The notes beneath the pieces were generated by a model. The model saw nothing but the letters and a program-made list of their open reading frames with translations, had not been told where the DNA came from and searched no databases. DNA of 63,011 nucleotides, counting the filler, from Cercozoa sp. M6MM (taxonomy: Eukaryota; Protista; Endomyxa: Ascetosporea), in the NCBI GenBank assembly GCA_040357565.1. It is 12 parts of 12 records of this genome, joined end to end, with 100 filler letters (N's around TTAATTAATTAA, not from the genome) between each part and the next. Parts side by side here need not be neighbours in the genome. Positions count along the whole stretch, not along the records: positions 1 to 14,665 come from JBDODJ010000326.1; positions 14,766 to 17,611 come from JBDODJ010001689.1; positions 17,712 to 24,908 come from JBDODJ010000644.1; positions 25,009 to 29,579 come from JBDODJ010001104.1; 8 more parts are not named here. One strand, 5' to 3'. Position numbers and translations under genes: made by a program. This document shows positions 13,397-25,056 of this stretch, one piece after another. Each line of letters opens with the position of its first letter. Positions within the stretch are counted from its first letter, which is position 1.

Positions 13397-14537
13397 ATGA
13401 ACACAGTGGCTCTGGCGCGTCGAACGGCCGCGCGAAGTGTGCTGCACCAGCAGCCGCGTCTGTTTGCGACGTTCCGCACCGACTGTGGTCTGCACGTCGA
13501 AAAGGATCTGCCCAAACGTGAGTTTTCTCGTGTCTAAGTAGGATTTCCGTGTGTTTGGTGCAAATGCAAAAAGAGGCAATATTTGCACAACTTCCGCTGG
13601 TGCGTCATCTCGTGTGTGTGTCTTGTGTTGCAGCTTTCGACAAGATCCTCGTGGCCAACCGCGGAGAAATCGCTTGCCGCGTCATTCGCACGGCGCGTGC
13701 TCTCGGTGAGTCCGTTTATTCGCTCCACTGTTTTGCTTTGCTGTTGCTTTGCTTTGTTTCGAAACGAAGCGAAACAAAAAGCGACGTTGAGTGGAAACAA
13801 AGCGAAACACAGCGAAACGAAGCGAAAGAAAGTGAAACAAAGCGAAAGAAAGTGAAACGAAGCGAAAGAGAATGTGTGGGCAGGTGTGCGCACCGTGGCG
13901 GTGTTCAGCGATGCCGACGAGGACGCCATGCATGTGCGCATGGCCGACGAAGCGATTCGCATCGGCGAAGCGCCGGCCAACCAGTCCTACCTGCGCGGTA
14001 GCTTCCTCTCACCCCCTTACCCCTTTACCCTCCCCTTTACCCCCTCCCACAGGCGACGTGATCCTGGCGGCAGCACGCAAGGTGGGCGCTCAGGCCGTGC
14101 ACCCTGGCTACGGCTTCCTGTCCGAGAACGCCGACTTTGCCGAACAGGTAGGAGGCTAAGAAGGGGTAGGGGGGGGTAAGATGGGGGGTATAACTGCTGG
14201 CTTGCGCAGTGCCAGGCAGCGGGCGTGAAGTTCATCGGGCCGCCGACACAAGCCATCGTGGACATGGGCAGCAAGTCGGCCAGCAAGCGCATCATGGAGG
14301 CCGCCGGAGTGGCCTGTGTGCCTGGCTACCACGGCGACGATCAGGTCCGTTTGTACTGTCCGTTTGTACTGTCCATATGTACTGTCCATATGTACTGTCT
14401 ATGTGTACTGTCCATGTGTACTACTAGCCCCCTTAATTAAAATAACCTCCTTAAAATAACGCCCCCTTAATTAACCCCTCCCCCACAGAGTCTCGAGCGA
14501 CTGCGACTGGAGGCCGATCGCATCGGCTTTCCGTTGG
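13397..14537 (+). CDS. MCCC1: Biotin carboxylase subunit, methylcrotonyl-CoA carboxylase alpha-like, with mitochondrial presequence; 5' part, truncated
   Basis: [77 protein letters not shown]. Arg-rich N-terminus. PCCA is not excluded. Confidence 0.85.
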
Positions 14538-14665
14538 TGCTTACCCCCCTGTTTACCCCCCTCTTACCCCCCCCCTTTTACCCCCCTTACCCCCCTGTTT
14601 ACCCCCTTCTTTACCCCCCCTCTTACCCCCCTGTTTACCCCCCCCTCTTACCCCCTTTTTACCCC

Positions 14666-14765
14666 NNNNNNNNNNNNNNNNNNNNNNNNNNNNNNNNNNN
14701 NNNNNNNNNTTAATTAATTAANNNNNNNNNNNNNNNNNNNNNNNNNNNNNNNNNNNNNNNNNNNN
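14666..14765. other. Artificial contig linker (N44-TTAATTAATTAA-N44). The same linker occurs at 17612-17711, 24909-25008, 29580-29679, 32775-32874, 39406-39505, 40836-40935, 43149-43248, 46418-46517, 56091-56190 and 61452-61551
   Basis: Identical 100-nt spacer with a stop-in-all-frames core, repeated 11 times. Genes are truncated at the spacers. Confidence 0.98.
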
Positions 14766-15040
14766 CGGAGCACCAGAGATCTGACTGGCCGGATGGAAAA
14801 TGCCGTTTCGTAGCAAATTATTAAGTCCGTCCGTCAAGGAAACTTAGGAAAGCCCACAACGCCTACGGTTGGAACGGTTGGGATTGTAAAAACGCCCGGC
14901 CAATCCGGGATACCCGGAGTCTAGCATAGACATTTGCTTTTAAGTTATAATCAATGAACGCGTCTAGTCATCCGGTCGTCGAATCGGTGGCGTCGGAAGT
15001 GACTCAGGGCGCAGCAAGCGGAAGGAAGGAAACTCGGGAG

Positions 15041-16083
15041 TTACATGCGCAGCGATTCGTCGCTGATGGCCTTCTTCTTGGACTTCTTCTTCTTCTTGGA
15101 CTTCTTGCTGTGACTGGCGGCGCCGGCGTCGCTCTTCTTGGCCTTCTTCTTGGGCGGCGCCTTGGCCTCCTCGTCGTGCTGCGACTCGGCCGGTGTCTCC
15201 TCGGGCTGCGGGGCCTTCTTCTTGCCGGCCGTGCTCTTCTTGCCGGCAGCGGCCGGCGTCTTCTTGGCCGGCGTCTTCTTGGCAGGCGTCTTCTTGGCCG
15301 GCGCTGACGGCGCCTTGGCCTTGGCCTTGACGGGCGACATCACCTCGTCAATGGCCGGCACCTCGTTGGCCATCTTCTCCATCTCCTTGTCCTCGTTGGC
15401 CTTCTTGTTCATGGCGGCGGCACGTTCCTTCCTGTGCAACGGGGTAACACGGGGTACAGGGGCAGAGGAGGTAACAGGGCGTAAAAACAGAGCAGGACAG
15501 GGGAGCGTACCACTCGCCCTGCTCGTCCGACGACAGCGCACGCCAGCGACGGCCCAGCTCGGTGAACACGTGCGTGGACTGAATGTCCGGCATCTGCGAC
15601 TTGACCTGCTCGCGCGACTCCTTGCAGAACAGCACCCAGCCCGACATCTGCTTCAACAACGGCACACACACACATACGCATCACTCAGACAACGGAAAGC
15701 AACGGCACAAGACTCAGGACACTAACTTACGTGCTTCTTCTGCGACATGTCCTTGCGTGAGCGCTTCTTGCCCTTCTTGACGTCCACCACCAGTGGCGGC
15801 ACCGGGAAGCCCGTCTCCTTCACGAGCTCGCGCATCTGCGTGCCCCAGTCGATGGCCAACCGCGCCGCCTCCAATTGCTGCGCACACATCAGTCAGCAAG
15901 AGTCAAGTCAAGTCAAGTCAGCAAGAGCCAAGTGAGTCAAGTCAAGTCAGCACAAGTCAAGTCAAAGGAAGAACGTACGAACTCGTACATGCGACTCTCG
16001 GCATCAGTGAACGCAGGAGCGGTCTTCTGCGCCTTGGACGGCGTCTTCTTTGGCGACGACGTAACGGATTCTTGTGACGACAT
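15041..16083 (-). CDS. HMG-box protein with a histone H1-like PAKK/Lys-rich C-terminal tail
   Basis: MSGWVLFCKESREQVKSQMPDIQSTHVFTELGRRWRALSSDEQGEW is an HMG box. The tail contains (PAKKT)x3 and KKSKKKKKSKKK. Confidence 0.85.
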
Positions 16084-16738
16084 TGCGCTCCTCACTGTTT
16101 TTTCAGGCTTGGTTGAAATTTCTTCCGACCCAACGACTTGACCAACAGACTGTTCTGAGTCTTCGCCAGATGTATCACGAACAACCGCTTTCGTCGCGTA
16201 CAACACAGACCACGCGGGAAGCCCTGTTAGCCGAGCGCCGCTGTGGCTACAAAACGGAGCGCTCGTCCAAAAAGACAATATTTTTGTTTTTGTACGCTTG
16301 GACAGGTGGACGTCGAGCAACTCGAATTTTTTGTCTTGCTGGCGTGTTGATCACGGATCCGTCGGGTTTTAGGCAACGATTTTTAAGGTACACACATGTG
16401 TATGTCTCGGTTTCAACGTTCTGACAGGTTTTGTGTTGTCTGGGCATACTGCGAACAGGCAGCTGCAGCCAAAAGACTGGTGTCTGTGTCTGTTTTAAGA
16501 AAGCATTGGTTACACATTGTGCTGAGCGGATGATTCGTATGCAACGTGCACATCATGATTATTTGAGGCTACGATGATTGGTTTGACCAGCGGTTCGCGG
16601 TCATGGATTGCGTTTTGCCAGTTGGGGTTTCTTTTCGGGTTACTTTTCGGGTTACTTCCGTCTGGGTACCCCTCGCTGATCAGGCTTTGCTTTTCTCCGC
16701 TTTGGCATGTTCCGTGCGAACATGCGAATTCCATCCAT

Positions 16739-17541
16739 ATGTTGCAGGATGACAGGCAAGGAGAAGCAACTCGCGCATTTCTGGAGTCAGGTGAGACTCG
16801 CTTTAAGTTCAAAAAGAGCATTTCATCGAAGTGTCTGTACAGGACTGGCAAGATAAAGTGCAAAAGGAGGAAGAAACTCGAGCATCACAGGCGGTAGCTG
16901 CTGTCTTTTTTCTCTTTGCTCTCGTGGTCTGAGTTGCTGTCGCAGGAAGAGAAGAAAACAGCGACATTGACGCTTCCGGATGGCCGCAGCATTGAGTTGC
17001 CGGTGCTGGTGCCGACGTGTGGTCCCTCGGTACCTTGATTTTGCGTTATTTCGACTGAAAGCTGTATTCTCGTCTGTGTCATGGCTGCGCAGGTGATTGA
17101 TATTCGCTCGCTCGGCAAAAAGCTAGGTGTTTTCACGTTCGACCCAGTAGCTTTCTCTCATGACTCCTGTCTTGTTGTTCATAAAGAAATGAACCTGTTC
17201 GACAGGGTTTCACCTCAACGGCCTCGTGTCATTCTACAATCACGTTTATTGACGGTCCTGCCGGTACGGTTCCTCTCAAGTACGAAGTGTGCGTTTTGGG
17301 AACTCTTGTGTGACTTGTCCCAGGTGTGCTGACACACCGTGGCTATCGTATCGAAGAACTGGCCACCAAGAGCAACTTTGACGAGCTGTCCTTCCTGCTG
17401 CTGTAAGCTGTGCTTGCCTTGTAACTTTTGCAATTCAGTTGGAGACACGCAGGTACGGATCGCTGCCGTCGCAGCGCGAGCTGGAGGCGCACAGTCACGC
17501 ACTGCGTGCCAACTCCATGGTGCACCGCAAGCTCATCAAGG
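16739..17541 (+). CDS. Citrate synthase, bacterial GltA / peroxisomal type; 5' part, truncated, start uncertain
   Basis: Spliced: [84 protein letters not shown]. Confidence 0.9.
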
Positions 17542-17559
17542 TGTTCCTTTCATGCTCAC

Positions 17560-17611
<52 letters not shown>

Positions 17612-17711
17612 NNNNNNNNNNNNNNNNNNNNNNNNNNNNNNNNNNNNNNNNNNNNTTAATTAATTAANNNNNNNNNNNNNNNNNNNNNNNNNNNNNNNNN
17701 NNNNNNNNNNN

Positions 17712-20700
17712 ACACACACACACACACACACACACTTACACACACGGGGTAGGCATAAGGTACGCTTGGCCTGCGCGCGGAAGTGCGTGGTTTTGGCCAC
17801 CCGTGCATCGACAGTACGCCAGCGTTCTCGCTGCGCAGGCGGCAAGTGGTCGTACTGACGGCTTGCAGGCTCGATAGTCCTCTGGTAGTCAGAAGCGAGG
17901 TCGCTCTTGTCAGTTAAGGAGGTGTCGATTTGAGTGTCAAAGGTAGGCGCCCACTCGTCCGACTCTGGCTTATCGGCCAGCAGCACGGGCTTGCTGCCTT
18001 TGAGTTCCAGCACGGCATGCCGCATCGCCTTACTGTCTCGGAGGGGAGGGGCTTTCAAAGTAACAACACCAGACATTTTTAAAGAAGAAAAAGTGCTACA
18101 CAAGCGCAATTCGTTCCAGGACGGTGCGTTCCGAGTCACTCAGCGACTGCGCGACTGCACACATAGTCAATCGGTCAGCCAGTCAGTCCAGCCAGTCAGT
18201 CCAATCAGTCAGTCCGGCCAGTCAGTTGGTCCGAGTCAGTGCAGACAAACTGAGGCAAACTGAGGCTACCGTATTTACAGGCAATCAACGGACGCAGCAC
18301 AAAAATTGACACGAGCGCATCATGTCTCCTGCGCAAAATAAAAGAAGAAGAATCCAAAATCCCAAACTTGTAAAATCCCAAAATCGTATAATCCAAAAGC
18401 CCCAAAAACCGACTCACCTGGCCGTCAGTGCAGTCAAAGCAGAACCTTCCGGTAATCTCAGCAGTGCGTCTAGCAGTGACACAGCCACTGCGGTTAGTGC
18501 AGGTGCGTCCGCGCGGATCAAGGCGGCTGCGGAAAATGAAATAAAGCTGGCAAAAAGTGATGCAAACTCAAAGTACTGGCAACGGCAAGTGCCGCGTCGC
18601 ACTGCAGCGCGTCTTTCTCAAAGTTTCTCAACTGGCAAGCAGCAAAGAGGAAGATAAGGAAAGTTTAACAGTGGTTAAGGGAGGCAATGATAAAGGACAC
18701 CTGTGCCAGACACTGTCGCAGGTAGACGGGCGGCGTCTTGTGAGAGAAACCTTCGGCGTCCGTCTTGGTGGCCAGTTCTGAGCAGGCACACACATATAAC
18801 CTTTACTCCCTACCCCTTGGCCACACCCCTATCCCTACCCCCTCAAACCCTTAATCTTGTGAGACAGTGAGACAGGAAGACAGGTACCATCAACGGCGGC
18901 GTCGTCAAAGTCGTCGCTGTCGCCGTCGCTCGCGAAATCGTCGGCATAGGGATCATCAACGGCACCGTCAGCAGTGGCACCGTCGGCAGCAGCGACGGTT
19001 TCCGACTCGGCGACTGGCACGTGCTCAACCGTCTCCGACTCGACTGCGGGAGTCGAATCTGCCGTGTCAGCAGGGACTTCTGCAGACATTGAGAGTGTGC
19101 ATGACTACACCTGTCTGCGCATACCCACGGACGGTGTACCTACGAGATTCGCGCGGACGAGCAAGTCAGCCGCGCGGACGTCACGCCACTCAAAGACGGC
19201 GTCCCCCTCGCCGACTCCGCGCAGGCGGTCCAGTTCGTCGCGGCGCATCAACTCGAGCTGCGTCTCGTTTTCTACGCAAAAAAAAACGCGATTTTTCTCG
19301 TTTTTCTGCAGCAGGAAAATACGAAAAAAGAACCGAGAAACTGCGCGAATTTCCGCGCGACGAGATGCGCGTGTTGGCGCAGCAATGGACTGGTGCCCTG
19401 CATGCACATCAATGATCGGTGATCGGGATAAGAAAGACACGTGTGCGTGTCACTTAGTCACACAGTGAGACAAGTGTCAGAGCACGTGTCAGAGGAAGCA
19501 CCTCGAGTCGCCACTGCACGCCACTCAGCAAGTGCGAAACCGTCTTGCCTCCGAGAGCGGCCTCTCTGGCTGTGTGCAGTCGTTACCCCTTGTATACCTC
19601 CCCCCACCGTGTTTATCCCTTTTAACCCCCCATATGGTGCAGGCTACAGGAGTACTGCGGATCGAGCGAGCGCGCGCACAGAGCGTGCAGCAGACAAGCG
19701 CACACCTCGGACAACACGCGCTGCTGCACCAGGTGAGCAGTCGCTCGGTGCGTGGCCCAGCTGGACAGACACATGAACATACAGGACGGGCATCGGGACA
19801 GGAACACATGGACAGGGACACTTGACAGGGACACATGGACAGGGACACTTGACAGGAACAGGGTACGCCAGGACAGCACGTCGTGTCCACTGCAGCAGCA
19901 AGTCAGTGTGCGCACGTGGCAGCAGCGACGGTTGCAGCAGCAGTCGCACGTGCGACACCGGCAGTGTGCGACGCAGTGTCACATGGAACATGTCGGTCAG
20001 CATACCGTCAGTTACACCGTCAGTCACACCGTCAGCCAGACCCACGAGACTGTCATGTCGCTCCACGTGCGACAGGTACTGCAGCGTCCGCGCGGATGCG
20101 TGCACAAAGTGACCGGACGGAACACGCGTTTCTCGCAGTCGTTGCACGCGTACCAACTGGCTCCTGTCGCCACACACAACATACGTTCTAGTCCACATAC
20201 ACAGCACACAGTGAAAGGCTACACGAAACGTTCAAAGTGCGCCGTGTCTTTCAGCAGTCGCAGCAAGTGTCGCGTGCGCGCTGGCAACACCAACAGCAGC
20301 AAATACAGTAATACAATACACACACACACATACACACGGGTGTGCCACAGGACAGATCGAATACCATGCTGCCACGTGTAGACACAAAAGGCGGCCAGCA
20401 TGTCTGTTAGACCTATACATAGATATATTATATATATATATATGTATATATAAATAGATTCAAAGTATAGTAAGTGGATGAATAGAAAAAGGTACCCAGC
20501 CGACACAGCGTCAGCAGCAGCGTGTCAAGTGCCAAGTCTTCCTTGCCGTCATCGTCACTAAAAAGGATGACATGCGGGACACAAGGGTACAGGAGGACAC
20601 AGAGGCACAGAGAGGCACCACAGGTCCCACGCCGCCACTGCGAGCACACTCAGCAGGTCACCAGTCAGAGTGCGAACATCCGCGCGGAGGGTAGGCTCTT

Positions 20701-21154
20701 CCGCGTGAAAGACGGCCAGCTCATTAGCACACTCATCAGGCACGCGCACGGTGCGATTCAGCCAGCGCAGGAAGTCACAGCGATCAGAATGACCACCTGA
20801 CCGATCAGTCAAACGATCACTTGCTCGATCATTTGATCGCTCACCTGATCGACTAGTGGACACGTGTGGCTGGCGCTGACACCGGCACTGCGCGAGACAC
20901 GTGCGCAGCCACGGCGACACCGCCGCGTGCCGACGCAGAAACCCGGCGGCGTGCGATGCCACCACGCTGGCCAATTCGTCATTCCGCGCGGAAGCCGCCT
21001 CACTGCTCAAAATACAATCGTGGCAACATTAAACAACAAAAAAACAACAAAAAGCAAGAATTTACGACAGCAAATCGCGCACGCGCGTCCACAGTGTTGT
21101 CGGCGCGCTTTCGAAAAGCGCCGCCGCTTCGCGCATCTTCTCTTCAAAGTTCAT
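17712..21154 (-). CDS. TELO2: TELO2/Tel2 (TTT complex subunit), 3'-truncated
   Basis: Acidic DSDDFDD followed by PPVYLRQCLAQLL..AALAVASTLIRADAPALTAVAVSLLDALLRL matches the Tel2 conserved region (human DSDD..PAYVRDC..ALRALEGLV). Upstream SPLLRQHAHLVARKFA also fits. Confidence 0.7.
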
Positions 21155-21381
21155 GGCATTCTCGCCGGTTTCTAATGCTACCATCGCATCCGTTTTCACA
21201 AATTTCGCCACAGCTGCGCATCCACTAATCTAAACATGCTGAGTTTAGACCGGAATTGGGTTTTCGGAGTGACGAGATTTAATAAGATAATTTGTGGCTG
21301 ATTGATCTCGAAATCAGCCAAACAGCATCCCACAAGTGTTATAGGCGTGTCTGCGTCTGATTAGAAGTCGTGAAAATTCCG
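21155..21381. promoter_or_regulatory. Probable bidirectional promoter between TELO2 and NMT
   Basis: About 227 bp between divergent ATGs. Confidence 0.55.
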
Positions 21382-23992
21382 ATGAAGAAGCGCGAGGCTC
21401 AAAAGGTGTGACCGTCATCAACACACTCTCCGGTTGGGCCGTTCGTGTGAGTGTTGTCCGTGTTTCCTTTTGTGTGTTTGTTTGCGAGTGTTGTACTGCT
21501 TGCTGCTGCTGCAGGAGAAGCGCGATGCCGAGAAGCTTTTGGAAGCAGGTACTATAACCAGAGAGAGCGAGAGAGATCAGTTGGATTGTCTACATATGTG
21601 GGTGGCTACTGTAGTCTACGGTTTCGCCAAGGTGACGGTGGACAAGGAGGAGGACTCCAAGCAAGCCGACGAGGTACCTGTAGACTCGTTCAGTTAGTGT
21701 TTGTGACACTTGGTACTTGCACACACAGGCGACGGTACAGCAGGCTGTCCAGGAGAGTGCCGTGGCTACTGTATGTTCACATAGTGGGGGCAGACATGAG
21801 AGGGGGTATACACAGAGAAGTACGAGTGCTGTTCCTGTAGGACAAGTCGAGCAAGAGCAAGCACCGTTTCTGGCAGACGCAGCCGGTGCCAGAGACGTCA
21901 CGAGCGGCCGCTCAGGAGGACGCCGACTTCGAGGGTCCCATCGAGACCAAGGACCTCTCCGAGGTATGTGTATGTGTTGGTAAAGAGGTAAAGAGGTAAA
22001 GGAGGGGTAAGCTTGTGCTTGTAGGTGCGAGAGGAGCCGCTGAAGCTGCCGCCAGCCTTTGTGTGGGACTCGCTCGACCTGTCGCAAGAGTCGCAGCTGG
22101 AGGAACTTTACGCTCTGCTCAACCGGTAGACTTTACCTGCCCGACTTTACCCCCCCCCCCTACCCCCTACCTCCTAGACACTACGTGGAGGATGACGAGA
22201 ACCTCTTCCGATTCGACTACCAGAGGTTTACCCCCCTCCCTCCACACCTTAACTCTTGTACCTTTTACCCCCCCCCGGATAGAGCCTTCCTGCGCTGGGC
22301 ATTGCAGGCACCGGGTTACCGTCCCGAGTGGCACGTTGCCGTGCGCATCAAGAAGACGGGCAAGCTGTGAGTTAACCCCATCCCTCCCCCACTCACACTT
22401 ATACCCACCCTCTTTACCTACCCTCTTTTCCTACTCTCTTTACCTACCCTCTTCCCCCCATTGGTAGATGTGCCTTTATCGCCGCCATTCCGTGTCGTGG
22501 TGCAGCGCATGATAGTGGTACCTTTAGCACGTGTCAGTTGTGCCACGTGAGGTGATTAACGGTGTGTGTGTGTGTGTATGTGTGGTCACTTTCAGAGTTC
22601 AACTCGGTCGAGATCAACTTTTTGTGCGTGCACAAGAAACTGCGCGCGCAGCGACTGGCACCTGTGCTGATCAAGGTAGGTTTACTCAACCCCACTCCTG
22701 CTCCTTACCTCCTCCCCCCTACTTAGGAGATCACGCGTCGCGTGAACCTGACGGACTGCTGGCAAGCGTTGTACACGGCCGGCGTGGTGATTCCGCGGCC
22801 CGTGGGAACAGCACAGTACTTCCACCGCCTGCTGTCGCCCAAGAAGCTCCTCGAGGTTGGCTTCTCGCACAAACCGGTAGCTTGACCCCCCCCCCCCATA
22901 ACCTCTAGCCTTCACACTGCTGCTTGTTGGCAGGCACGCCTGACCATGAAGGCCTTCTGCCGCCTGTACTCGGCGCCGTCCATGGAGGCCTGCAAGGTGC
23001 CCGGTCTGCGTGCCATGACGCCGCGCGATGTGCCGCAGGTGCACCGGTACATCACTCGGCTCACGCACCTACCCTGGCTCTGCATACCTTTGTGCGCACA
23101 GTCTGCTCAATGAGCATTTGTCGAACTTCAAGCTGCGCACTATCTTCAGCGAGGAAGAGGTGTGTGTGCTGTTTGATAATGCCTCTTTAAAAACTCGGAA
23201 GTGCACTCGCAGGTCTCACACTGGCTCCTGCCGCGTCGCAATGTTGTATACTCGTACGTCAAAACGGTAACTTGTGGTTTGAGTTTGTTGAGTTTCTGGG
23301 ATCGACCCATGACACGGCACGATACGATTGGCACTGGAGAGTTTTTTGCCCTTATTGTGCACGAGAGTACTGCAAGGAAGTCTTTCTTCTCTGATCCGTG
23401 CCCTTTAGAGCGTGATAGGGCATGTGACTCGTACGTGCTTCCGAGACTCGTTTTAAATGATTTTTCTTTGAGTCTGCGCGCTCTGTTTTTTGTGTTTCGC
23501 GTAAATCTGCAATTTCATTGACATGAATGCGCTCTGCAGGATGACGAGGGCAACGTGACGGACCTGACGTCGTTCTACTCGCTGCCGACGACGGTGCTGC
23601 AGAGCGCTGCGCACAAGGACATCCAGGCGGCCTACAGTTTCTACCACGTGGCCAAGACAGTGCCATACGCCGATCTGCTGCATGATGGTGCGTGCAGCAT
23701 GTCATTCTGTCGCGGACCGACTTTGGAAAAGTGTTTTTCTTTGTAGCACTCGCTTTGGCCGGCAACGAGGGCTTTGATGTGTTCAATGCGCTCACACTGC
23801 TGGACAATACGGAGGAGGTGTTGCGTGGCCAGCGATTCGGTCCCGGTACGATTGGTCCTTCTAAAACAGTTTTAGCTGTCCGTCCCCGTAACTTTTTTCG
23901 ATAATTTAGGCGACGGCAAGCTCAACTATTACATCTACAACTGGCGCTGCCCACAAATCGAGCCGAACGAGATTGGCCTCGTTATGCTTTAG
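21382..23992 (+). CDS. NMT1: Glycylpeptide N-myristoyltransferase, complete, about 14 introns
   Basis: [76 protein letters not shown] and C-terminal IGLVML*. Confidence 0.97.
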
Positions 23993-24849
23993 GTTTATTA
24001 ACCGGAGGCCGCCCGCTCACAGCCAGTGTCGTTTCAGTTTTAGCCCGGTCGGTTGATTATTTGCGGTTGCTAGACTTACTAAATACCTCAAGAGAAGTGT
24101 GATAGATTTTGACGTGTGTTCGCTGGTATCCCAGACTGTGGACATCTCGTCTGTGTTTGAGTAGGGAAGCCTTGAGCAAGCTTTTGCAGCTGAACTCAAA
24201 GAAGGGCTTTCTCTTGACCAGCCAGCGCAGGTAATATGATCTCTCCAGAACCAGCTGTCTTCGCTGCTGCCCGTCTACCTCCAGAGGCCCTCTTTTCTTC
24301 ACGCCAACTCAAAAAAACTTCTGGACCCTCACGACTCAGTTCTGACGACACCTTTCCATCTCAAGAACCCTTTCATTGGTTGTACGTCCAGTGTTAGTTA
24401 GTTGAGCCTGCACCAGTCTGGGGTGTCTACCGCCGCTTAAGATAGGACCGTACAACTCCCCTTTTGACGCTCCCCAAGACACCGATTGGACCGTTGGGGT
24501 ATCTCACTCTTCAAACTACACTTGGCCACTCTGCCTCCAAGAACAGACTTACTTACGTTCCTTGTTCTTGTATCATTGGCAAATTACCCTCAATTTACCA
24601 AGGCCCAATCACTATCTGAGAGGGCTGCGGTAACGTAGTAGTTCCAAAATATACAGTACAGCGTAATGGTAAAATAGCAGCCGCTAGTGGCAGTGATGTC
24701 AGGTTACAGCGGTGCCGACGAAGCGTGCAGTGCGTCCTGCGAGCGCTCAAAAACGCATATTTGGAAAAAGTCGCCAAAACACGTTTCCTTTCGCACTTGG
24801 ACTGCTTTAAAACAAAACGGTGAGTGTGTGTGTGTGTGCGTGTGTGTGC

Positions 24850-24908
<59 letters not shown>

Positions 24909-25008
24909 NNNNNNNNNNNNNNNNNNNNNNNNNNNNNNNNNNNNNNNNNNNNTTAATTAATTAANNNNNNNNNNNNNNNNNNNNNNNNNNNNNNNNNNNN
25001 NNNNNNNN

Positions 25009-25056
<48 letters not shown>

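Noticed and set aside
14540-14665. True telomere at the contig end
   Set aside because: The degenerate array starts at a GT donor in mid-gene; it is an intron where the assembly broke.
14710-14721. Recurrent TTAATTAATTAA as a biological motif (e.g. piggyBac TTAA target)
   Set aside because: Always centred in identical N-runs; it is a concatenation linker.
21382-23992. Alternative genetic code or non-canonical introns
   Set aside because: NMT, GPN3, MCCC1 and others splice cleanly with GT-AG. TAA, TAG and TGA all serve as terminal stops, and conserved exons have no in-frame stops.
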